A stretch of DNA of 64,000 nucleotides from Macrostomum hystrix (lineage: Eukaryota; Animalia; Platyhelminthes), in contig CATNEN010000008.1 of the NCBI GenBank assembly GCA_950097015.1, positions 3,782,001 to 3,846,000 of the forward strand. Reading direction: 5' to 3'. The position numbers and the translations under genes were made by a program. The notes below the pieces were generated by a model. The model did no database searches and was not told where the DNA came from. It saw nothing but the letters and a program-made list of their open reading frames with translations. Of the stretch, positions 37,317-48,600 are shown piece by piece. Every line of letters starts with the position of its first letter. Within the stretch, counting starts at the first letter, position 1.

Positions 37317-37645
37317 AGGGGGTAAGTGGCAGAGCGGTCCAACGGGTTGGCTACCTGAGCGGCGAGGACCCATTAATTTAGGGCGCAGGCTTAGAGAAGG
37401 CTTGGGGGCTTATTGTGCAATTTACGCCCTTTAAGGCCAACCTCCAAGGCACATCGAGAGTGACGATCAGAAAGTCAGGGCAGATGTACAACCCGTGTGA
37501 GCGTGTGCCTGTGTACGGTATCTGTGTGCGTGTGTGCTCAGGAGTCAGCCAAATGGGCAGAATTGCCTCCTTGCTGGTTCCGGGTCCAGTGTCACCAAAT
37601 GATGTTCCCATTGCCCGCAGCCCACCTGCAATAATTATTATTTTT
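37317..37645 (+). mobile_element. SINE family A copy
   Basis: GGGGGTAAGTGGCAGAGCGG head, body, and GCAATAATTATTATT tail. Confidence 0.85.
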
Positions 37646-37796
37646 TTTAAGTAAGTACTTAAGTGAGTTAGTTAGTAATCAAGCATGTCTCTCTAAACCA
37701 AAGAGAAACAATTTTTTTATTTAGATGGTCTGTTTGTGTTTTAAAACACAAATTTTCTCAACTAAAACGTTAGTCTTTTCTCAAGCTTTGAGCAGA

Positions 37797-40255
37797 TCAG
37801 CGAATCTTCTCGATGACCTTGCGATTGATGTACGATCGGACAGTCAACAGCCCCAGGTAGTGCTCGATGTGGGGCAGGATGTCGTCCTCGAAGTTGGCGG
37901 CCTTCAGCGTCGGGGCCACGGGGCTGGACAGGTTGAAGTGCGGCCTGAAGTCCTTCAGCGGCAGTTTCTCAGGCAGAAGCAGCTGGTTGATGTGGGCGAG
38001 CTGGCGTTCTGTGTAAAGCTGCTTGCACCAGATCTGGCCAAGTGGGTGAGGATGAGGACGGCTCGATGTTACCTAAGATTTTACCTAGGGGTTGTAGCCT
38101 AGTGGATAGTGCGTCGGACTCATGGCTTGAAGGTTGGGGGTTCGATTCCCGACTCCTATGTAAAAATTTGCGTCCTTGAGCAAGACACTTAACTCTGCAT
38201 TGCTTCAGTTCACCCAGCTGGTAAAGGGGTACCATCGAGGGTTGGTGTGGCATCCCCCCAGTCCATGGACTGAACACAGAAATCAGTTTTTATCTCCTAC
38301 TATTTATGCGAGTTCAAATGAAAAATAAAATTGAGACGCAAATGAGCTCAGGTCTCACCCGAAACAGCTGGAAAATATTTTTGAACAAGTCGGGCCTGTA
38401 GCAGCGGAGCAGCTCTAGGCTATAGTCAGCCAGAGGGTTATAGATCAGCTTGCCTGCGCTGGTGTCGAGGTCCTGACAATGGCCAACGGTTCTGTAGCTG
38501 AGCACAAGAGAATGGCAGCCTCAAGGACCAGCAGACACAACCTTAAAGACTAGCAGAAACAACCCCTAAGACCAGGAGACACAACCCCAAAGACCAGCAG
38601 ACACAACCCCAAAGACCAGGAGACACAACCCCAAAGACTAGAAGACACAACCCCAAAGACCAGCAGACACAACCCCAAAGACCAGGAGACACAACCCCAA
38701 AGACCAGCAGACACAACCTCAAAGACCAGCAGACACAACCTCAAAGACTAGCAGACACAACCCCAAAGACTCACATACACAACCCCAAAGACCAGCAGAC
38801 ACAACCCCAAAGACTAACAGACACAACCTTAAAGACTCACAGACACAACCTTAAAGACTCACAGACACAACCTCAAAGACCAGCAGACACAACCCCAAAG
38901 ACTCAGACACAGCCCCAAAGACTCACAGACACAACCTCAAAGACCAGCAGACACAACCCCAAAGACCAGCAGACACAACCCCAAAGACCAACAGACACAA
39001 CCCCAAAGACCAGCAGACACAAGCCCAAAGACCAGCAGACACAACCTCAAAGACTCACAGACACAACCCCAAAGACTCACAGACACAACCTCAAAGACCA
39101 GCAGACACAACCCCAAAGTCCAGCAGACACAAGCCCAAAGACCAGCAGACACAACCCCAAAGACCAGCAGACACAAGCCCAAAGAATCACAGACACAACC
39201 TCAAAGACTAGCAGACACAACCCCAAAACTAGCAGACACAACCCCAAAGACTAACAGACACAACCTTAAAGACTCACAGACACAACCTTAAGGACTCACA
39301 GACACAACCTTAAGGACTCACAGACACAACCTTAAAGACTCACAGACACAACCCCAAAGACTCACAGACACAACCTCAAAGACCAGCAGACACAACCCCA
39401 AAGACTAGCAGACACAACCCCAAAGACTAGCAGACACAACCTCAAAGACTAGCAGACACAACCTCGAAGACCAGGAGACACAACCTCAAAGACTAGCAGA
39501 CACAACCCCAAAACTAGCAGACACAACCCCAAAGACTCACAGACACAACCTTAAAGACTCACAGACACAACCCCAAATACTAACAGACACAACCTCAAAG
39601 ACTAGCAGACACAACCCCAAAGACTAGCAGACACAACCCCAAAGACTCACAGACACAACCCCAAAGACTCACAGACACAACCTCAAAGACCAGCAGACAC
39701 AACCCCAAAGACTAGCAGACACAACCCCAAAGACTCACAGACACACCCCCAAAGACTCACAGACACAACCCCAAAGACTCACAGACACAACCTCAAAGAC
39801 CAGCAGACACAACCCCAAAGACCAGCAGACACAACCTCAAAGACCAGCAGACACAACCCCAAAGACCAGCAGACACAACCCCAAAGACCAGCAGACAACC
39901 TCAGTTCTTTCCTCCTGTTCACCTTTAGCGGGTAGACGTTAATCTTCCAGAAGCAGGCGGGCTTCTCATTCCAGCAGTCCTGAGGAATGTGTGCTGGTAC
40001 CCAGAATGGTCGAGCCATTGTAGTTGTCTGGCCGCTGGCAGACCTGCTCAGGTCGACGTAGGACACCTCCTTGATGGCCATGCGTTTCCCGTCTTCAACG
40101 TTAAGTAAGTAAACTTTGCGGATGACTGGTGCACTGTTCAAAACCGGTGGCGCCTGTTTGACTCTGTGCGATGAATCGGCGAGTTTCATATTATTTTGCT
40201 GCATCAATTGGTTGCTAAGCAGTTTCAGACTGCCCTTTTTCTGTTGATGTGACAT
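37797..40255 (-). CDS. Uncharacterised protein, tandem paralog X1 (227 aa)
   Basis: Exons 40255-39923, 38472-38359, 38033-37797; phase-0 GT-AG introns; middle exon is 114 bp, as in X2. Confidence 0.85.
38087..38278 (+). mobile_element. SINE family B copy in X1 intron 2 (3'-truncated)
   Basis: A box TAGCCTAGTGG, B box GGTTCGATTCC, CORE-like CCTTGAGCAAGACACTTAACTCT..CAGTTCACCCAGCTGGTAAAGGGG. Confidence 0.83.
38520..39897. repeat. 21-bp satellite (CACAACCCCAAAGACCAGCAG and variants) filling X1 intron 1
   Basis: Direct tandem units, ~65 copies. Confidence 0.96.
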
Positions 40256-40807
40256 CGTGAAATCGCCAATTTAAATTATATTGTATCTATATTCATAACT
40301 GAGTAGGAGTAGTCCAAATGAAGCGAATGAAGCGCGACAATATCGATAAGTCTTATAGCCATTCAGCCCTTCCGCCATAGACATTGCTTTTTTCTGTCGT
40401 CTAAACGTTCTGCCATAGCGATGCATGTTACTCAAAGTAGACGAAGCGAGTGAGAGTGTCCGAATTTTAAGCCGATTTGTGAACGACTGCATGCTACAGA
40501 GGAAATTTCTGATGGCGATAAAAGGCTTTTGGAGGCCAGGTAAATGTACTGACCCTCTTTCTCACTGTGACAGCACAATTCAGCAACCAGACCTTCAGAA
40601 CCGTTGAGATGCACTAAACATTTTGCGTAGAGCAATATTGAGTCCAAAATGATGATGCAAGCATGCTTCGTAATATATATTTCATTTGAATCCAGCTTTA
40701 AAGATCTACATGCCAAAACCTTACAGATTATTCAAACTATATCTGTCCATCGAGAAACGTTCCGAAAGTGTTGATTTCTAAGCTTCAGCTGAGAACAGTG
40801 CTCAAGC

Positions 40808-43800
40808 TCACAGCTTGTCCAGGAAGCGGTCAAGCGGCGGTATGCCCTCCTGCAGGCCCTTGCGCTTGCGAGTGTCCAACACAATCTGGTAGGGCTTGGT
40901 GCCGCTAGTCAGCGGGTCTCCGGGCATCACCTGCCAGTGGTCGAATACGCACTGCGGGAAGGCCTGGCCGCCCGTGGCCTGGCGCAGGTCGGAGGTGAAG
41001 CCGAAGCTCTCGTTTACTGGCAGGTGGGCCTTCACGATGAACATTGGCGTGCCGGTCACCTGTAAGAATTCGTTGGACGTCAGTTACAAGTATCACCTGG
41101 TTAAAGCTTAGTTCTGGGAATCATGGTATGATGGGAGAGGATCTGGGAGAATTGCATAGGGAACAGATAAGATGGAATTTGAGGAGAGGATCTGGGAGAG
41201 TTGTATGGGGATCAGAGAGTACTGTGACAAAATCTGTTTCACTCGCCTGCTCCTCGGAGAACACGACACCGCGACGACGGTTTAGCACTCCGTAGATGCC
41301 GCCGACGGCGTTCTCCGGGCACTGGATCTCGCACAGGTAGACTGGCTCCAGCAGGGCTGGCTCGGCAGTCAGCACAGCGGCCAGGAAGCAGCGCCTGGCG
41401 GCGGTGATGATCTGGTCACCGCCCCGGTGCGCGGCATCCGAGTGCAGCGTCACGTCAGCGATATCGAAGCGGCAGCCGCGCATGTTCTCATCGCAGAGGA
41501 CGCCCTCCTTGGTGGCCCACTGGAAGGCGGCGACAACGCTGTCCTTGATCTCGGCCAGGTACTGCACACCCTTGGTGACGTCAACAACCAGGTTGGGGCC
41601 GTTGGTGTCCGGGCCGAAGCACCAGATCTTGCGGGCCTCAGTGACGTCCCAGTTGAAGTTTTCAACGAAAATTCGCCCGCGCTCCTTGGCATCCTGCCGC
41701 CAAGAGATTATGCCGTCGTCGATGTCCTTGCAGAGATCTTCATCCATCGGGCGGGCCTTCATGTACAGCCTGTTGAGCTTATTCCTGGATTTTGACAGAA
41801 CCACCTGAAATTAAAAGACGCAAATTAATTTTGGCACTGAGAAATAAAAATCACTGCAATACGCCTCTTTATAACACATATGCACACCTGGTTGCTCTCG
41901 TTGGTGACAGTCTCGCGGTAGGACACCACAGGGTCGCCAGTCTTGATTGGGATCTGAGCGTGGTCCTCCTCCAGATCCCTGAGGCAGATCTCGAGATGCA
42001 GCTCGCCAGCTCCGGCGATGATGTGCTCACCGGACTCCTCGTTGTAGATCTGCACCATGGGGTCGGACTTGGCCAGTCGCTTCAGGCCCTCAACCAGCTT
42101 GGGCAGATCGGACGGGTTCTTGCAGTCCACGGCGACGCGAACGACGGGCGACACGCTGAACTTCATGACGCGCATGTTGTGCGCAGCGGCGAATGTCGTG
42201 ATGGTGCCGGTCTTGACCAGGAACTGATCGACGCCAACCAAGCCGCAGATGTTGCCGCAGGGCACGTCCTCGATTGACTCAGCGTAGCGACCCATCATAA
42301 GAACGGTTGACTGAATGTTCTTCTCGAACAAGTCGTCTTTCTTGCCATGCGTGTAGTTGGGGCCCATGATGCGTACTTTTCTTGCACTCACCACGCCGGA
42401 AAAGACTCGACCAAAAGCGTAGAAGCGGCCCTTATCGGAGGTGGGCACCATCTTGGAGATGTACATCATCAGCGGAGCCTTCGGGTCGCAGGTCTTGATG
42501 CCGACGGCGGCTTCGTCGTCGTGCGGTCCCTCGTACAGCAGCTCCATGCGGTAGCGCTGGGAGGTCACTGGCGATGGCAGGTGGATGGAAATCATCTGCA
42601 GCAGGGTGTCGCCGGCCGGCAGCCACTTGCGCATCATCACCTTCAGCAGAGGCTTGTCCCGCAGCTCGCGCTCCTCAGCGTCCAGCTTGATGTTCATCTT
42701 CTCGGCTAGTTTCAAGGCCTGTTCCGTAGGCTTTTCCATTATAGTTTCAAAAACCTAAAGAGTTTGATAGTAAAACATTATATTGCCTTTGTAGCTCGTA
42801 TTATGAATCATTAACGATACGGTTGACTAGAAAATGTCTATTGACAATGAAGATACTAACTACTTTTACCTCATAGATTGGGTCGAGCACGAACTGGATG
42901 AAGCCGCGAATGCACTTGTCATTCTCGGGTGTCTTTACCCACTTCTTGGTCTCCGAGTTGTAGAAGTTGTCACCCCACAGCCGCTTCATGAGCTTCTGCG
43001 GCTCGATCTTGAACTTGGAGGCGTACATCTCGGCGAACTGCTTCAGCGTGAACGCCCAAGCGTGCAGGCCGGAGCCGAAGCCAACGGTGCCCTTCTCTGG
43101 CGCAACGAAGATGTTGCCCATCGGTCCGCCCTCTTCACCGAACTGGGCGATGATAACGTTGATGTTCTCAACGACGCGCTGGAACTGCTGGTACAGATCC
43201 TCCTTGCCCTTCTTCAGCGTCAGCAGCGAGCAGTCCATCTTGTTCATGAACAGCACCGGCTTGATGCGCTCAGCGATGGCCTGGCGGAGCACAGTCTCCG
43301 TCTGCACGCACACGCCGGAGTTGCAGTCCACAACGACCAAGGCACCGTCAGAGCGGCAGTCACCTGATCAAGATTATAGCATAAAAGTCAGACCGTCGTG
43401 ACAATTCACATGCGAAAAGGGTTTTTTAGCCAACTCACCTCGGAGCTGAAGTCAACGTGGCCGGGAGAGTCGATGAGGTTGATCAGGAAGCCGCACTCGT
43501 CGGTTCCGTCGCTGCGGGTCGAAACCTCCTGCAGGCTCTTAACGTACTTGACATCAGGCTCGGTCAGCTCGTAGTACATGCTCACAGCAGTAGACTTGAT
43601 GGTGATGCAGCGCTCCTGTTCGTCCTTGCGAGTGTCCGTGAACCGGGTCTCGCCAGCTCTAGCGGATGCGATGATGCCGGCCTTGGACAGCAGCGAGTCA
43701 GTCAGCGTGGACTTGCCATGGTCCACATGGGCAATGACGGACATGTTGCGGATGTTCCGCTTGTTGTCCATCATGGCGCGTATTCGGTTCATCGAGATTT

Positions 43801-43979
43801 TCACCTGCGTTTGTTGGCAACGTTTTCAACCTTTGTTTAACAATCTTGGAATCGCTTATCGAGCATGTTATAACTGAAGGGGCAAGTCCGTGTGAGTAAA
43901 GTGCAAAATGTCCAAGTATCTACGCCTATGAAGAACGCCACGCAGTAGGTGTAGCGGTGACAGACCGTCGACTTACCAT
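40808..43979 (-). pseudogene. EEF2: eEF2 paralog (copy 1): divergent domain IV, with a 10-bp frameshifting deletion as assembled
   Basis: Exons: ATG 43979-43977, 43804-43439, 43363-42870 (494 bp vs 504 bp in copy 2), 42754-41888, 41804-41247, 41059-40808. GTPase motifs [13 protein letters not shown] and NKMD present. Pseudogene status rests solely on the deletion at 43350/43351. Confidence 0.75.
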
Positions 43980-44069
43980 CTTTCACTCGGGAGGCAGCTG
44001 CGCGTCGCACAAGCACAGATAGCAAACAGTCAGCAGGTTAGCTAGGCCGATCACATGGTTGGCATGAGC

Positions 44070-44106
44070 GGAGGACTGCAAGGCGCGCGCTCCGAGCGCT
44101 TTTATA
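44070..44106 (-). promoter_or_regulatory. TATA box + initiator-like core promoter of eEF2 copy 1
   Basis: Minus strand TATAAAA (44106-44100), with Inr-like GCAGTC whose A (44077) lies 29 nt downstream, ~100 nt before ATG|GTAAGT. Confidence 0.65.
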
Positions 44107-44949
44107 AGCAATGTCCCCTTCGTACGACCACCTCATGCAGTTGCTCCTGTCATGTCGTCACCACAGCTATTGCTTTGAGTCACGGGATGCATGGCGAAAT
44201 AACAAGCGAAATATAACCGAAGAAGCAATGGCCAATAGATTTTCTACTCTGCAGATGTCCAGGGAGAACACTCGTGAGAGCCTACTGAGTTGAATAGTGA
44301 GTTCGCTGCTTATGCATTCAATCACAAGAAAAATCTGTAAAAAATATATTCAGCAACGTTTGCTTAACTTTGCCTACTTAAGAGTAGCCTATTTGTGTAG
44401 TTCACATTATTTTTTCAGCTCTTAAATATTGCGCAGCCAAGTCGAAATAAACATAGGCTAAAATAAGCCTCAGTGAAAACAAGAGCGATTTCTCACTCTT
44501 TCCCAAACAAGTGTAAGAGAAGAGTACAGGGCAGTGTTGTTTGAATGAATGTACACTGCGGCTATTATCGGACTGCCTCCCTGCTCGCGGGTCTGTGAGT
44601 CAGGGCAGCATGTGTGCTAAAAATAGAACACCCGAGCCAAGCCAAGTAATGCTGCGCACCCGTAGACTCTGCATGGTCACTGCATGGTCACTGCATGGCA
44701 CTGCGTGATTTAAAATAGCCGTTTAGTAGTGCACTTGCACTTTTATTTCATTCTAACAAGGCCCCGCGTGCTATAGAATACTCCTGAATCCCAAATCCTT
44801 AAGATTCTCCTAACCTAACTCCTCCTAGACAGCGTTTCTGTGCTATAGAATCAAAAGTAAACTTAAAGAGTGCATGTAACTCATAAGTGAACTTATAAGA
44901 GCTCATTAAGGTCCGTGGTGTGCTATAGAATTAGGATTGACATCTAGGA

Positions 44950-45345
44950 GCTAGCAGCTAGGAGTTGGTCTTTAGGAGTGATTTCTAGCAGCTAGGAGTT
45001 GGTCTTTAGGAGTGATTTCTAGCAGCTAGGAGTTGGTCTTTAGGAGTGATTTCTAGCAGCTAGGAGTTGGTCTTTAGGAGTGATTTCTAGCAGCTAGCAG
45101 TTGGTCTTTAGGAGTGATTTCTAGCAGCTAGGAGTTGGTCTTTAGGAGTGATTTCTAGCAGCTAGGAGTTGGTCTTTAGGAGTGATTTCTAGCAGCTAGG
45201 AGTTGGTCTTTAGGAGTGATTTCTAGCAGCTAGGAGTTGGTCTTTAGGAGTGATTTCTAGCAGCTAGGAGTTGGTCTTTAGGAGTGATTTCTAGCAGCTA
45301 GGAGTTGGTCTTTAGGAGTGATTTCTAGCAGCTAGGAGTTGGTCT
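44950..45345. repeat. 34-bp satellite (TAGCAGCTAGGAGTTGGTCTTTAGGAGTGATTTC), ~11 copies
   Basis: Direct tandem units. Confidence 0.96.
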
Positions 45346-45629
45346 TTTGGACGTAAAAAGAAAACGGGATAGTTCGCTGTAGTCAAATACTGTGAAATTG
45401 TTTTAAAGTACAACTACTTGGCAACTAAGTCTGTCTGTCCTGCCTACTGCGGTAAAAAGTGCACTTAATTGAATACACAATCGGACCAGACCAAAGCAGA
45501 CGGTTGGAAGTTGCCTGGCAGTGCAATACTCATGCAAACTATACTCAAAAAGTTACCGAGCCTAGAACAGCTAGTTAAGGTTCTACCGGTTTCAAAGCTA
45601 ACTTGAAAGTTAAAATGTATATAAAATAC

Positions 45630-48600
45630 TAGATATGACTATCCATGGATAAAATACTAGATTTGACAATCCACGGATATAATACTAGATTTGACAATCC
45701 ATGGATAAAATACTAGATTTCACAATCCACGGATATAATACTAAATTTGACAATCAATTGATATAATACTTGATTTCACAATCCATTGATATAATACTAG
45801 ATTTGACAATCCATGGATATAATATTAGATATGACAATCCATGGAAAAGAGACTGGATTGGACAATCCATAGATATGAGACTGGATTGGACGATTCATAG
45901 ATGAGAGACTGGATTGGACAATCCATACATAAGAGACTGGATTGGACGATTCATAGATAAGAGACTGGATTGGACGATTCATAGATGAGAGACTGGATTG
46001 GACGATTCATAGATAAGAGACTGGATTGGACGATTCATAGATAAAAGACTGGATTGGACGATTCATAGATAAAAGACTGGATTGGACGATTCATAGATAA
46101 AAGACTGGATTGGACGATTCATAGATGAGAGACTGGATTGGACGATTCATAGATGAGAGACTGGATTGGACGATTCATAGATAAAAGACTGGATTGGACG
46201 ATTCATAGATAAGAGACTGGATTGGACGATTCATAGATAAGAGACTGAATTGGACGATTCATAGATAAGAGACTGGATTGGACGATTCATAGATAAAAGA
46301 CTGGATTGGACGATTCATAGATAAAAGACTGGATTGGACGATTCATAGATAAAAGACTGGATTGGACGATTCATAGATAAAAGACTGGATTGGACGATTC
46401 ATAGATGAGAGACTGGATTGGACGATTCATAGATGAGAGACTGGATTGGACGATTCATAGATAAGAGACTGGATTGGACGATTCATAGATGAGAGACTGG
46501 ATTGGACGATTCATAGATAAGAGACTGGATTGGACGATTCATAGATAAAAGACTGGATTGGACGATTCATAGATAAAAGACTGGATTGGACGACTCATAG
46601 ATAAGAGACTGGATTGGACGATTCATACATAAGAGACTGGATTGGACAATCCATACATAAGAGACTGGATTGGACAATCCATACATAAGAGACTGGATTG
46701 GACAATCCATACATAAGAGACTGGATTGAACGATTCATAGATAAGAGACTGGATTGGACAATCCATACATAAGAGACTGGATTGGACGATTCATAGATAA
46801 AAGACTGGATTGGACAATCCATACATAAGAGACTGGATTGGACAATCCATACATAAGAGACTGGATTGGACGATTCATAGATGAGAGACTGGATTGGACA
46901 ATCCATACATAAGAGACTGGATTGGACGATTCATAGATAAAAGACTGGATTGGACGATTCATAGATAAAAGACTGGATTGGACGATTCATAGATAAAAGA
47001 CTGGATTGGACGATTCATAGATGAGAGACTGGATTGGACGATTCATAGATGAGAGACTGGATTGGACGATTCATAGATAAAAGACTGGATTGGACGATTC
47101 ATAGATAAGAGACTGGATTGGACGATTCATAGATAAAAGACTGGATTGGACGATTCATAGATAAAAGACTGGATTGGACGATTCATAGATGAGAGACTGG
47201 ATTGGACGATTCATAGATGAGAGACTGGATTGGACGATTCATAGATAAGAGACTGGATTGGACGATTCATAGATAAGAGACTGGATTGGACGATTCATAG
47301 ATAAGAGACTGGATTGGACAATCCATACATAAGAGACTGGATTGGACAATCCATACATAAGAGACTGGATTGAACGATTCATAGATAAGAGACTGGATTG
47401 GACAATCCATACATAAGAGACTGGATTGGACGATTCATAGATAAAAGACTGGATTGGACGATTCATAGATAAAAGACTGGATTGGACAATCCATACATAA
47501 GAGACTGGATTGGACAATCCATACATAAGAGACTGGATTGGACGATTCATAGATGAGAGACTGGATTGGACAATCCATACATAAGAGACTGGATTGGACG
47601 ATTCATAGATAAGAGACTGGATTGGACGATTCATACATAAGAGACTGGATTGAACGATCCATAGATAAGAGACTGGATTGGACAATCCATACATAAGAGA
47701 CTATATTGAACGATTCATAGATAAAAGACTGGATTGGACAATCCATAGATAAGAGACTAGATTGGACAATCCATACATAAGAGACTGGATTGGACGATTC
47801 ATAGATAAAAGACTGGATTGGACAATCCATAGATAAGAGACTAGATTGGACAATCCATACATAAGAGACTGGATTGAACGATTCATAGATGAGAGACTGG
47901 ATTGGACAATCCATACATAAGAGACTGGATTGGACGATTCATAGATAAAAGACTGGATTGGACAATCCATAGATAAGAGACTGGATTGGACAATCCATAG
48001 ATAAGAGACTAGATTGGACAATCCATACATAAGAGACTGGATTGAACGATCCATAGATAAGAGACTGGATTGGACAATCCATACATAAGAGACTGGATTG
48101 GACGATTCATAGATAAAAGACTGGATTGGACAATCCATACATAAGAGACTGGATTGGACAATCCATACATAAGAGACTGGATTGAACGATTCATAGATAA
48201 GAGACTGGATTGGACAATCCATACATAAGAGACTGGATTGGACGATTCATAGATAAAAGACTGGATTGGACGATTCATAGATAAAAGACTGGATTGGACA
48301 ATCCATACATAAGAGACTGGATTGGACAATCCATACATAAGAGACTGGATTGGACGATTCATAGATGAGAGACTGGATTGGACAATCCATACATAAGAGA
48401 CTGGATTGGACGATTCATAGATAAGAGACTGGATTGGACGATTCATACATAAGAGACTGGATTGAACGATCCATAGATAAGAGACTGGATTGGACAATCC
48501 ATACATAAGAGACTATATTGAACGATTCATAGATAAAAGACTGGATTGGACAATCCATAGATAAGAGACTAGATTGGACAATCCATACATAAGAGACTGG

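Noticed and set aside
43300-43363. Rescue of eEF2 copy 1 by programmed -1 frameshifting (attractive because diphthamide loss raises -1 slippage) or by an alternative acceptor
   Set aside because: There is no X-XXY-YYZ slippery heptamer, and a slip would still delete RVT from a conserved G-domain motif. The next in-frame AG would drop about 20 core residues.
40808-43979. Copy 1 as EFL1/Ria1 or Snu114 rather than eEF2
   Set aside because: It is near-identical in nucleotide sequence to canonical eEF2 over most of its length, so it is a lineage-specific duplicate.
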